A DNA stretch of 60,625 bases, from positions 1-60,625 of the forward strand of contig CDMY01000516.1 of assembly GCA_001179505.1 (NCBI GenBank). The letters are read 5' to 3'. Positions 1 through 11,779 of the stretch are shown here, piece after piece. A program made the translations under genes and the position numbers. Within the stretch, counting starts at the first letter, position 1. Each line of letters starts with the position of its first letter. The stretch is from Vitrella brassicaformis CCMP3155 (lineage: Eukaryota; Protista; Chromerida). A model generated the notes under the pieces. That model saw only the letters and a program-made list of their open reading frames with translations, searched no databases and had not been told where the DNA came from.

Positions 1-350
1 AGGGGCTCGCCGAAGGCCTCGCGCATCTTCTCATCGACAAAGGAAGCCGTGGAGGGCACGGCAGGGCCAGCAGAGGGGGAGACGGCATCCGATTCATCAT
101 CATCATCATTGCTAACGGCCGGGTCCGCGGGATACGCAAAATTCGTGCACGTGCCGCGCTTGCAATTGACACAGTTAGTGCAGAGGCGCTTGTGCTTCCG
201 GCAGTCACACTTCCGGCTGCATGTGGACAGCGCAGACGTCCCTTTCGCGTTGCATGCGCAACAGGGGGGCCCGCCGCCGTCTCGCGAATCCAATTGATTC
301 GGCCGTTCCCAGCCGCGTCGAGATGTGGTCTTCCTTGTTCTTTCCAGAGG
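1..350 (-). mobile_element. Probable 5' part of a CRE-like (RLE-type) non-LTR retrotransposon ORF, running off the window start
   Basis: The minus-strand frame is open from 350 to the window edge and has no internal ATG before the Cys cluster. It reads PPCCACNAKGTSALSTCSRKCDCRKHKRLCTNCVNCKRGTCTN...VDEKMREAFGEP. From memory, this Cys-rich leader plus 'D..M..A(F/Y)G..L' resembles the N-termini of CRE-like elements. No RT domain is visible in the window. Confidence 0.5.
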
Positions 351-409
351 TCAACAGTACGTCACAGATGCTCATTCAAATCACAATTTTCTCCCGTCGA
401 TTGCTTTCA

Positions 410-3400
410 GGTGCTTGGGAGGACACCGGTGCTTGGACCTCGGCCAAAGTGCCAGCAGTGCGGCGTGAGAGATTGCTGCGTGAAGTGGGATGGAACATTC
501 GAGCGATACTGCGGTGAGCATCAAGACAGAACCATGCTGCCTGATCTCATGTACTCGCCTTCGCTTCCCGTCTTTGATCAGGTTTGTCTTGTCAGCGCAT
601 CGCCGAGGGGGAGAGTCAGGCAAGAGATCACATCGTTGTCGACGAGTTGGAGCCGCCCCAGCAGCCATCCTCGTCGGAGGAGCAGGAATCATCGCTGCAT
701 GATCGCCTTTCCGAGCAGGAGGAGGAAGAGTCGGAAGAGCAGTTTGTCGCCGAGGAGACGGAAGAAGAGGACAGCTATGAAGAGATCACCGACCGTGCGA
801 GGCAGCTGTGGCGGAAAGTGGCACATGTCATGCACAGAGGCATTCACAAGACGTCTGGCACATCTCCGCAAGAAACATGGCGGGGAGAGTGAGAAAACGC
901 TGCGGGCTCATCAATGGCGGCGTCTCCTTGGGGCGTTCGGCATCGACGACGAGGAAGGACGAGACCTGCCGGCAGAGGGACCAAAAGGCGAACTCACTCT
1001 CGACGTAAACGGGAGACACAGGGGCCTCCGATGTATCTGACGAGCCTTGCGTTTCATATGCATTGGCAGATCAGGAGAGCGCGGCGTCTCCCATACGTCC
1101 CCCGGGGAAGCAGAGGCGACGAATCCGATGTCCCCAGCGCATTTGTCAAGGTATGCCCGGTCGCGTCATCCTTATGGTCTGTTCAATCATTTCTTTTTTT
1201 GCTTGAGGTCAGTTGCGGGTGCCCATCAATGAGGACACAATGGAGGAAAAGCACACGTCCTGCCAACCCGACACGCATGACCCGACGTGGAATGAACCCA
1301 AGCACTTCCATCTCGAGTGGACGGACGTCAGCTGACATGAACAGGCTTTTTTGATGAAAATCACCTGTCAATCAATTGCTCATGCAGGTGACGCAGACAC
1401 GTCTGTGATCGTCGAGGTCGTCCATCGAGATCGAGACACAGACCGAGAGACATTCCTTGGTAAGTGCGTTGCAAGGTGCATTCATTCGTTTCGTCCACTG
1501 TGTCCTTCCGGCCGTCTGTAGGGGAGGCGCATCTGCCCTTGCCCCTTCTGTCCGAGTCGCGTCAATGGCGGCTGAAGGCCAGACTCTTCTCAAACACAGC
1601 AAAGGGCTCTGTCGTTGCGGAGGGCGACATTGGCATTCAGGTCGAGTGGCGACCTGAATCCACCGACGCACAGCAGAGGGATGCGCAGTATCAGGTGCGC
1701 TACACACACCTGGATCATCGGCCTCTTCCGACATAGTGCTTGCTGTTTCAGTGGCTATGTGAGACGCTGGGCGTCTCCGGTGATGCGGACAGCTTGGAAG
1801 AGCCCCTGCACGGCCCGCTGTCTCTATCCGTCGAGAGTGCGGGTGGGTTGCCCTCGGATGAGAGCACTGGGGAGCCTCCGTCAGCTTATGTGAACATCAC
1901 TGTCCCCACCAGCAGAGAGACGCGGGAGCAGTGGACGCTTCCACCTGTCAAGACGACGTGTGATCCAGAATGGTGTCTCAGCAAAACATTTCAGCTGGAC
2001 TTCCAGCCAGGATTGGTGAGGAAACCAATCCTTGTATGTATGATGGCATGTCTTCTTGTCTGTGCAGGTGCCGGAGAACATTCTGGTCGAGCTCTTTGCC
2101 GTGCAAAGGAGACATCCTGCCATACTTCTAGGTTCAGTCACTCCTGAGCTGACCAAGGCACATCCTCGTGTATCTCGCCGTGCATGTTGGATGGATGCTC
2201 AGGTGAGGTGGAGATCCCCCTTCCACGCTCCACAATCAGCATCCATCTAGAGACCGCCCTGCTCTCAAATGCTGCCAAGAGCCACCATCATGCCGCAGGC
2301 GTGATCAACATCTCTGTGCAGTGGGGAGTCGCGGCGCAAGCTGGCGGCCCTTTGCGCCTTTTCACATTCGGTCGGCTGGCGCACAAGTTCCGGGGTCGAA
2401 GGGCGGAGCAGGATATGGACGAAGGAGAGGGCTTTGGGCAGTATGAGTGGCCTGCGACGAATGAAGAGTACCAGGGACAGCTGGAGACTTTTCTGAAGGA
2501 ATGTGAAGCGGTCATTGGGTGGGTCAGAGAGCAACAAACAGAGGCCGACTGTTGTCTTGACAAGCGTTCCTTGTGCATGGTATGGTGCATCAGTCAGCCG
2601 ATGTTTTCAGCCCCTGTCCATCCTGTCCCTGAGAGGAATGGCCATGACGAAAAGGCCAACACGTCGACCAGCTCTATGCTGCTGCCTTCATGGCATCCCG
2701 ACGTGGCCTTCAGAGGTGTCGCCATGAGTACGGATCCATTCCTTTCTCACTTTGGGGTAGCAAGACGGCTTTGGAAACACAAGTAGCGTCATGGGCGTCT
2801 CTTGATGTACATTGTAGGTTCCAGCACGATGGCCGAGCCCGGGGCGAGCCATCCTCTGCGCCAACCAGGTCTGGTAGACTGCAAGGCAGGATCATTCGTT
2901 CTTATTCTGCCTGGTGTGCTTTGGTGTATGCTGCAGCACTGCCAGGAGCCGGTGGTGTTGGATGACTTCAGGGAGGCCACGCACAGGCGGGAGGCGACAC
3001 TGTGGGAGCTCTGTGCCGGTGAGACATGACCAACATGCCTTTACCCTTGTGTCTCCTGTCTGGATGTCTGGATGCGCGGCCTTCAGCATGTCAAGCCATT
3101 CTATACCTCACATGTGCCCTCATGGATCCGCCCCGCCTTCTCGACATCACATCCGTCGATGACTACTTGTGTGAGCTGCACATCGACGCCTATCTCGCGA
3201 TCGCATTCCCAGTAGGCAGGCAGGAAACAAACAGGCGGACAAATGGTGGCGGCATGCCACCATTCTGTCCTCTCTGTGTGACGTGCAGGATTCGCGTCTC
3301 TTGTGGGCGAATCTGCGTCAGTTGTTGGAGGCGCAGAGGTTCCGGGACGTGCATGTGCAGGAGGCCAGCAGGAGGTGCCGCGACGCCTCACAGATGGACG

Positions 3401-3811
3401 CCGTCCTGCAGCTGCCGAGCAGCAAGCTCTTCTGCAGGCGAGACTGGCGAACACACCGCCCTGACGCGCTCAGGTGACTGCATGAACTGCACGCGACCGT
3501 GTGTCGACCATGTCTCTACCCGTTGTGTGCCTACAGACGCCTTGCCCGTCTGAAGCTGCACCAGCATCCCCGGTTGCAGGACCTGCTGCTATCCACTGGT
3601 GGGCGAGAGACCTTTCCAGAGCAGGAGACGCAGACCCACCGTGGTGTTTGTATCCGCTGCAGCACCGGCCAGGCTCGTGTACAAGGATGCGCCTCGGAGG
3701 GACCATGGCTATGCGAGTGCGCTGGGCAGCGTATGGATGGAGCTGCGCGACGAGCTTGCAGCCAGTCGACAGGAGGGCATGACAGCCTGGCGGGCGAGGA
3801 GGAGTGCGTGA
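410..3811 (+). CDS. Multi-exon protein with two C2 domains and a C-terminal NADAR/YbiA-like domain; 5' end unresolved
   Basis: C2 #1: GELTLD|IRRARRLP..DVPSAFVK..HTSCQPDTHDPTWNEPKHFHLEW..VIVEVVHRD..FLG. C2 #2: LSLSVESAGGLP..PSAYVNI..VKTTCDPEW..TFQLDF. NADAR-like: WANLRQLLEAQRF..RRDWRTHRPDALRRLARLKLHQHPRLQDLLLSTAPARLV..ALGSVWMELRDEL. Stop at 3811. The frames between 410 and 900 do not splice cleanly. Confidence 0.7.
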
Positions 3812-4199
3812 GTGCTGAGGTCGGAGGGCAGTCGGGCCGCTGTGCCGTAGATTTGTGTCATCCGTGCACCGTGTGTATCTTGAATGTGGATAGGAGTTTG
3901 GGCATGCGGGTCGATTGCTGGTGCCGGAATGCTACGTGAGTGATGCTGTCAACTAGGTGTATGTCATGTCGATGGGGAGAGTGTATGCACGGATTTCTTC
4001 CCTCCACTGAGTGTCTGTGCCATTGATCCATCATACACGGTCATCCATCCACATGTATCCACGCACCCGTCTCGCCCGTCCCGCAGATCGCCGTTGTCCC
4101 CATCCCTCCCCTCCCCTCCGTCTCTACATCGCACCCACCGCCCAGCTCAGGGTACGCAGCTATCCACACTTTGCTGTGGTTTGTGTGCGCCAGGGGAAG

Positions 4200-6479
4200 T
4201 TAGCCCAGCTTGCGCTTCTTACGCTTCCTCTCCACCTCATTAGCCCCACCGTTCTGCCCCTTGTCCTCCTGCAGCCGGCCCTTCTTGGCCTCGCCCGCCA
4301 TCACCACGCCCCCGCCCTCACCGTGCTGCACCCCGCCATCCGCAGCACTCGGGGCCGCCCGCTTTTTATTCCGCCGAGGGCGCATGTGGTATCGGTGGCC
4401 GTTGTCCTGTGGCTGCTCTTGCACAGCAGCAGCAGGAGGGACGACGGCAGCGGCAGCGATGGCAGCAGGGGGAGGTGCAGCAGGGGGAGGTGCAGCAGGG
4501 GGAGGTGCCTGAGCTTGGGGCGACTCGAAGGAGGGCGGCTCGTAGACCGGCTCCACCTCGATGCGCGGCGTGTAGGGCTGGATGAACTGGCCGCCGACGT
4601 CAGCCGCCCAGTGCTGAAACTCCTGCACCCAACACACACACAAATGAATGGGCCAGGAGAGGTGGAGAGGGATGGAGGCACTTCTGTTGGTGTGGTTGGC
4701 TGGGTACCTGTTTGTCCAGATCGTCAAAGTAGGGGTGGTTGATCGCCTCCGCCGCCGTCAAACGCTCAGCGGGGTCAAACCTAATCAGACTGACACACAC
4801 GCAGACAGAGCAAAGCGGCCATGGGAGGGAGGGAGGTTGCTGATGGTGTGACTTACTCGTAGAGGAAGTCGAACTCCTCGTCAGTGATGGTCACGCCGTT
4901 CTCGCCCTCGGCCAGGATCTTCTGGAACCTGACGCGCACCTCGGCCTTGCTGCGCTGCGGAATCCGCGGCAGGATGCGGTACTGCACAGACACACAGCCG
5001 GGCGGACGCGTGTTTGTACTTTGTGTGTGTGTGGTGCTTTGGTGCCGTGTGTCCATACGTGCGGCAGGTTGAGCGCCCGCAGTCTGCTGTGCGGCGGCAG
5101 CCCCAGCAAATCGATCATCTTAATCAGCGAGCCGTAGTCAGAACCCAGAGGACACTAACACACATACACAGACACACACACTTATCTCTGTCTGTGTGTG
5201 TCTGTGTGTGTGTGCGTATAGGTCGGTGAGCCGGTCAGTGGCTGACTCACATCGAAGGGCGAGGCGCGGCATCCGAGCATCCGAGCGAGTATGCAGCCTG
5301 CACACAGACAGACAGACACACAATAAACATCCCGCAGGTGCCATGTGTGAGTCCCTCCCTCCCTCCCTCATACCAGCAGCCCAGATGTCCACGGCGGTCC
5401 CGTGGGTCCGCTGCCCCAGCACCGCCTCGGGCGCCCTATACGATGGCGTCCCCAACGCAGTCGGGTTCTGATGAATGGCACAACGGATCCACACGTGTCG
5501 CTGACACCTGCCGTCGGCGGGTCAGTGCGGTGTTTACGGTGTGCCGGACGGGCGGGGCGCCGAGGCTGTCCAGCAGACGGCCGTGGCCGAGATCGGTCAA
5601 CAACAACTTCTCACTGCTCAGACATGCAAGTGGACACAGTGTGTGGGTGTGTGGGCTGGTGGGTGTCATGGTTTACCGTCCAGGTGTGGTGCTCTTGCTG
5701 AGCAGGACGTTGGCGGGCTTGAGGTCGCGGTGGGCGATGTTGTGCGAGTGGACGTGGGCCAACGACAGCAGCAGCTGTCCAAGGAATGCAACACACACAC
5801 ACAGCAGATAAGGGGCATCCCATGGCTGTGTGTGCCTCTGTCTTGCGCACCTGAAACATATAGCGCTTGACCTGCTCGGGCGGCAGAATACGATCCACCT
5901 TGACCTTTCGCTGCATTGGCCAATGCATGACAGCACACACATACACACACGATGGTCCATCCGTCGGCTCTGTTGGTTTCCTTCGTTTGGTTGCTGGTCT
6001 GCTTACCGGTGGGAAGCTGCGGCGGAGAAACCTGGAGAGGTCGCCGCCGGCCGCACACTCCATGACCATGTAGAGCCGCCCCTCCTCGCCAGACACCCAC
6101 GCCTCGAACACCTTGGCCACATTCTCGTGCTTCATCTTGCTCAGAATGGCCTGCATCACAGCCACACACACATGTCGATAACAGAAGGACATGGCATCAT
6201 TGCATGCACCCACCCCCTCATTCCCTGCCTCCCTCCCTCCCTCCCTCCCTCCCTGCCTCCCCGCCTCACCACGTCGCGCAGAGCCTCGACAGGGATGCCC
6301 TCCCGGCAGGTCGAGAAGTCCTGCACCTTGGCCGCGTACAGACGGCCCGCCTTCCCTTTGCCCTTCTCCCGTACCCGCATCACCTTGCCGAACGCGCCCG
6401 CGCCCAGCTCACCGACGACATCGTACTTGGCATAGAGAGTCGGGTCCAAGCTCGGGTCCACCTCGCACGCGGCTGACAT
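4200..6479 (-). CDS. CDK-like Ser/Thr protein kinase, copy 1 (multi-exon)
   Basis: GELGAGAFGKV, YAAK, EGIPVEALRDV, HRDLKPANVLL, TDLG, GTPSYRAPE, DIWAAG and RFDPAERLTAAEAINHPYF, followed by a Pro/Ala-rich tail with a basic end (KRKKRKLG). ATG at 6479, TAA at 4200. Confidence 0.9.
4462..4506. repeat. 15-bp coding tandem repeat x3 (encodes PPPAA units in the kinase tail)
   Basis: gcagcagggggaggt occurs three times in tandem; the paralog has a single unit. Confidence 0.9.
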
Positions 6480-7235
6480 GACGAGTGGAGCGGGCTGCAC
6501 TCGCTGAGCCTCTCAGATGGATAATGAGCTGTCGAACAGCTGCCGCTGCACTGCCACTCGGCGGCAAGAGCCTCTGACGTTGACTCGGACGCCGTACGAT
6601 GCCGTGGACGAGAGCGATGGGAGCCGATGAACGTCAGCTCAATAGTCGCCGTCCATGACGAGCGTGGAACAACGAATGCATGGCATGCCTTGCGCCCTCC
6701 CCTCTTTTGTGTTAGAGCATGAATCGTAACCCTGGGAGCCGTTAGATGGTGTACTGCGTGTAAGTCTGAAGTGGCCAGACTGCTCGTTCTTGAAAAGTGA
6801 ATGGGTGCCAGCCACGCCACTCTGGTTAGTAGAGTCCAGGCCGCGAAGGACCGACTTCCGGTAGCAGAGGACGAAGAGTCCGTCTGGAGCAGCATTGACC
6901 TGCCTAGGCCCCCACCATGTACATACATATGGTTTGTCTGTGTCCACACATAAGCATACACAGACACGTGAGACAGATTGTTTCACCACCTGCAGACATG
7001 AGACGGGGAACCAGTACCCCAACAGAGCAGACTGCGACCTCACACGAACACGTGAAGCACACCTTCAAGCCCAGTGAGTCAATCTGACAAAACACCCTCC
7101 AACATGCTGGTGTACCCGACACTACACTCAACACTCTCCCGCACAGTCTCGCCCTCTCAGCCCCCACAGTCTCGCCCGCCTCCTCCAGGATTCTCGGGCT
7201 AGCCAAGATCTGCCTGGCCAAGCGACGATTCAGAT

Positions 7236-8233
7236 ATGTCCGCTACCGGCGAAATCGCTGGATACACTGACTCGTATGTGGGGTATCTGTGCAAGAACTA
7301 CTCATCTCCTGCCTTCACTGGCGGCTTCTTCCAAAACCCGCCCAACTCGTGCTATCGCAACACCAAGCTGAAAGCGCTCGCAGCCTGCCTCGTCCTGCGA
7401 GAGTACCTCGTCACCCATCCCACCCGCTGCAAGCGGCCCGGCGACCCTCAATGCAGCCTTTGTGCATTCGCTGACCTGCTGCTGCGTGCGGCTCGCGAGC
7501 CCAACGGATCTCGCCACGTGCCCGCCTTCTTCAAGGACACCACCAACATACATGCCAGCCTCGCCATCGGCGCACAGCAAGACGTCCAAGAGGCGCTGCA
7601 GGCCCTGCTGAATCGCTTCTGCGATGATCTCAGCTACGGCCACCCTGCGCTCCCATCACCGCGGACGCACATCCATCAGATAGTGGGGTGTGTCGAGCGG
7701 ACGGAGTACGTGTGCTCACGGTGCGGCAACCCCGAGCAGCCAGTGCAAAGGGAGGAGCACTTCTTCACCATCAACCTCACCCCACCTGTGCTCAACGGCA
7801 GCAGCCATGGGGCGGCCGAGTGCCTCGAGCACTATCGGCGTGAGGAGGACGTCGTCTGGACGTGCAGCCCAGAGCGTTGCCCCACGAGTGAGCACACACG
7901 CACACACACACGCTTCTGGGTGGGCTATTCTGATCACGTGTGGTGGCCCTGTCTGCTGTCATGAGTGCAGCTGACCCTCCACTCAAGACCACGGCGCGTT
8001 GTCGTGTGAGCCTTGCCTTCCGCCCTGTCGCCATCCTAAGCAATGTCGGGCGCTATGCGGAGCTGGCCCTCGAGCCCAACCCCCGCAAGGACACCAGCCC
8101 CTTCATTTTTCCGCCCACCCTCCAGCTGCCCATCAACTTCGCAGGGACCACCGCAACCTACCATCGACGCTGTTGGGCCAACCCACCTCCGGGAGCCGTC
8201 ATGTCGTACGCCAGTAGACGGAACCCTGACTGA
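7236..8233 (+). pseudogene. Ubiquitin-specific protease (C19, USP36/42-like), probably decayed at the His box
   Basis: Cys box GFFQNPPNSCYRN, then HPTRC..QCSLC, GAQQDVQEAL, YVCSRC and KDTSPFIFPPTLQL. After an intron at about 7889-7967 the frame ends at TGA 8233 without a GHY His box. Confidence 0.6.
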
Positions 8234-8559
8234 GATGAAACGCTTCTCGCCGTGTCACGGACGATGATCTGCACATCAGGGTAAGGGCATCAATCCTTCC
8301 CTCACATTGATGTCTGTCTGTGTGTGTGTGTGTGTGTGATGACTCACGATTCTTCCAAGGGCGTCCTCGGTCGAAGTGGCGCCTTGCCGCCGCAGCTCCG
8401 ATGCAGACGCGTGGATGATGTCTGCCACATAGTCGACCCAGCAGGGAGGCGATAGATAGAAATGCTGGCGGGTGAGTTCGTTGTATGAGAAATGCAGATC
8501 CGAGAACTGCCACACAGTAATAAATCATTCAAGCAGCGACATTCATCACCATCAGCTCA

Positions 8560-9940
8560 CGTCAATCAATACGTGGCCGAGGCGTTGCCCACTGCGATGG
8601 GCGGGAGAAAAGGCGTTTGCGACGTATTTGCCGGCGTGGTCCCGCCCCGTTGTCAGCCGGGCAAAAGAATTCGACAATACACCACCTGCACGCCTCTTCG
8701 CCCACTTCATTCAGTCAAACCCAGTGCTGGGATCTGCGAGCTTCAGTGCGACTCATTGCGAGAGGATTCTGTCGATGCCTCGCCAGCGGCCTACGGCCGT
8801 CCTCGATCACATCGCTCATGTTACCGACGACGACGTGCTTGGGTTTCCGTTTCGGCTGCTTTTGAAGAGGATTCGGCGCGCGAGAGGCCTGAAGGGGCTT
8901 TCCTCGTGGATATCGCCCGCCTGGAACGATGGCAGCTGGAGCGGCTTGACGGGTACCTGAACGCCGACGGTTCGTTCCAGAGTAAAGCTGGGTTCGAGAA
9001 CTGTCTGAGGGTCCTTGCCTGTGAGGAGAGGGCCCGCCGAGGAGATATCCACCCTACGGAAAGGTATACACGACTGGCACGGTACGGACACGCTTGTCCT
9101 TCCTCGTCCTGTGTGCTTCCTGCCCTCGTTTAGTGACGGATTCTCCCCTTCGACGGCTGAGCGGCCTCACGAGTGCTCATCCCCTGCAGGACCAAACAGC
9201 CCCCATCAAGAAACACGCAGTGAGACAGCGGCCGCCCAAGTGACCATGCTCGGCCATCAGCTTCAGCCACTCCAAGGAGACCCACTCAAGAGAGGACGCG
9301 ATGCGAATCAGGCAGTGGTCAGATGGCGAGGCGGGCAACGGCAGAGCGGAGATAGCTGCGAGCAGATGGGACAGCGAACGGCCGTGAGCGGCGACAAGGA
9401 CGAAAAGGAGCGTGCTCAAGCGAGAAGAGGAAGGGGTCAAGTGCGCGTGACGTACATCAGATGTGCTCGTCTTCTGGTGCGTTTCTGCAGTGACGCCATT
9501 GCTGCGCATCCCGAAGCAGTGGAGAAGGGCGTTCGAGCTCAACGAGGACGGAACCGGCGGACAGACTGAGGCGGAGCTTCTCGTGCACCAGCACCAGCAC
9601 CAGCGCCCCAGCCGTCCAGACCCTCATCGGCGCTTTCGCCAAGACAGCCAGCACCGTGTCCTACGGCCCACCAGCATGCGGCCCTTAACTTGGCCGGAGG
9701 GCCTCGTGAAGCGCTGACAATGACCACTTCCCGGAGAACAACCAGGTGAGGGAGGCGAGGAAGAGCGAAGCAACACGAGGCACGGCCATACATCATGTGC
9801 TGTGTCTGCCCCCTCTGCACATGCGCGTGGTGTGCAGTGAGCTGGCGCTGTTCCTGACTGCCGGTCGCCGACCTGTAGCGCTGGGCCGTGTTTCGTGATT
9901 GTATCAGAAGATGAGGTACAGTACGTGCGTGCACAAATGT
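8560..9940 (+). other. Unresolved coding-like remnant with frame switches
   Basis: Protein-like segments occur in alternating frames (AGEKAFATYLPAW..., then AFLVDIARLERWQLERLDGYLNADGSF) with GT-AG-like boundaries. I could not build a consistent gene model. Confidence 0.25.
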
Positions 9941-10250
9941 TGGACGGGCGGACAGACGGACGGACGGACAGACAGATAGATAGATGAGTGACTAACTGGT
10001 GGGAAGGCGCTGCCCCGGTGTGGTGCATCCATCCCTTGGTTGATGCGTGACGTGAATGGTTTAGTCCATGAATCAATCACCCAGGTTGATTCGTACAAAC
10101 ACACTCGCAGAGGTGCATGCACACACACTCCCTGCTGCGCATTGATGTCAATGTTCACAGGGTCAAGGGTTTCAGCAGCAGTTTCAGGGGTTCGATTTGC
10201 GAGCTTGAAGCGGAGGGTTTCCGAAACCCAGATCCCAGTTCGCGACAGCA

Positions 10251-11263
10251 ATGATCAGCAGTGTGGCACTTGTGGTCAGCAGCGTTATCTGCGCTGCTAA
10301 CGCACTGAAGGAGGTGAGCCCAGACTCCTCATCATGGAAGATAAGATCATGCATTCAGATCAGTCATGTGTGTGTGTCTTGCAGACCGCCTCCTTCGTTC
10401 CCTCCCCACAGGCCCTCCCCATTCGCTTTCGGCGGCCGTCGCTGAGCCACCGATATGCGCCTCTGTCTATGGTCAAGGTCGGCGAGATGGCGCCTGATTT
10501 CTCCCTCAAGGTGGGCTGCGTGGCTGCTGTTGGCTGTGGATGCCCTGTCTGTGCATTCTGAAGATGATGATGTGTTGTGATTGTCTCATGTGACCAGGAC
10601 CAGAGTGGGAAGGTGGTGAAGCTGTCGTCCTTCAAGAACAAGAAGTCGGTGGTCGTCTTCTTCTACCCTGCGGTAGGGGGATAATGTGCGTGGCGTGCTT
10701 GTCACTAGTGACGGGCGCACACACAATTGGTCCCTTATGTCTGTGTCGTTGTCTGATCGATATGGGCTCTTGTGTTGTGCAGGACATGACCCCGGGGTGC
10801 ACCAAGCAGGCCCAGGCCTTCAATACAGCACTCGATGACTTCAAGAAGCTGGGCGCAGAGGTCAGTCGGCAGACAGTCAGTTCATCTGTCGCTTCTGATG
10901 CCTGTCCATCCATCTGTTCATCTACCTGAAGTACAGGTGATCGGGGTGTCTAGTGATGCAGACCATTCCGAATTCATCAGTGCCTATGGTCTCAAGATGA
11001 CGCTGCTGAGCGACATTGGGGGCGAGGTCAGAAAACAGTGGCAGGTCCCAGGCGCCATGTTCGGTGCTCTGCCTGGGAGGGTCACCTACGTCATCGGCAA
11101 GGACGGCATCGTCAAGAAGGTCAGCCACTCGATCACCAAGTCGCCCGGCGATAGATAGCTGTGCTCTGTCCACCACTGTGTGTTTGTTCTGTCTGCGCAG
11201 GTATACGACAACCTGCTGGACAGTGAGAGCCACATTCCACAGGCCAGGGCGGCTTTGGCCTAG
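10251..11263 (+). CDS. PRXQ: Peroxiredoxin Q (BCP family), plastid-targeted, 6 exons
   Basis: Exons 10251-10313, 10385-10510, 10598-10672, 10783-10860, 10937-11119 and 11201-11263 give a signal peptide plus ASFVP transit peptide, then VGEMAPDFSLKDQSGK..VVFFYPADMTPGCTKQAQAF..GRVTYVIGKDG. Confidence 0.93.
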
Positions 11264-11349
11264 ACGATCTTCGGTGGCTGAGATGGATGGCGCGACGGCG
11301 TTTTGATGGATCAACGATTCGAGCCGACGACCGCATGGTTTTCTTGTCG

Positions 11350-11440
11350 TGTGTCCGTTCCTTCGTGTGTGAGTGAGTGGTGGTGATGATAGGGTGTGTC
11401 CGTTCCTTCGTGTGTGAGTGAGTGGTGGTGATGATAGGGC
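11350..11440. repeat. About 45-bp direct tandem duplication downstream of PRXQ
   Basis: gtgtccgttccttcgtgtgtgagtgagtggtggtgatgatagg occurs twice. Confidence 0.85.
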
Positions 11441-11779
11441 GTATTGTGGCCCTATGAGTGAGATCCGATGCGTTAGTGTTGTTGCCAGTTTTCCTTGTGT
11501 GTTGTGGTCGCGTGCGGCGCGAGGGAGTAAGGGAGGTGTCTTGCGACGCGAGACCCAATGGACCGATTGACAGACATGTCGAAAGAGAAGAGCAGACGAA
11601 AGTGAATGGATGAATCGGATATCATCTGTCCACGGCAGCTACATCCAAATTGTCCCCCCCTCTCTGACGTCATCTGGCAGCAATCCATTCGGCCCCCCTT
11701 GAGCGAATTCATTCAACTCTGTCGTCCACTCACACCCACGCCATGGATGTACGAGTGAGTGAAGTCGAGTGAGACTAAT

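Larger units (their letters stand above)
4060..6660. repeat. Duplicated segment (kinase gene plus flanks), paralogous to about 57690-60395
   Basis: Long near-identical stretches in exons, introns and both flanks; for example 'gtggtttgtgtgcgccaggggaagttagccc' and 'atgaacgtcagctca..atagtcgc.gtccatgacg' occur at both loci. Confidence 0.9.

Noticed and set aside
582-596. A 14-nt GT-AG intron linking the CxxC exon to the acidic exon of the C2 gene
   Set aside because: Far shorter than every other intron in the window; the 5' structure is left unresolved.
4011-4742. Long antisense ORFs overlapping real genes (also 57387-58421, 19056-19649, 53202-53951, 44153-45354)
   Set aside because: Expected shadow ORFs of GC-rich coding sequence, with no recognisable motifs.
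5590-5610. DLG instead of DFG as proof of a pseudokinase
   Set aside because: DLG occurs in active kinases and the catalytic Asp residues are kept; it is only noted together with the alphaC change.
11350-11440. 45-bp direct repeat as a CRISPR-like or regulatory array
   Set aside because: Only two adjacent copies with no spacer, in a eukaryotic 3' region; a simple slippage duplication.
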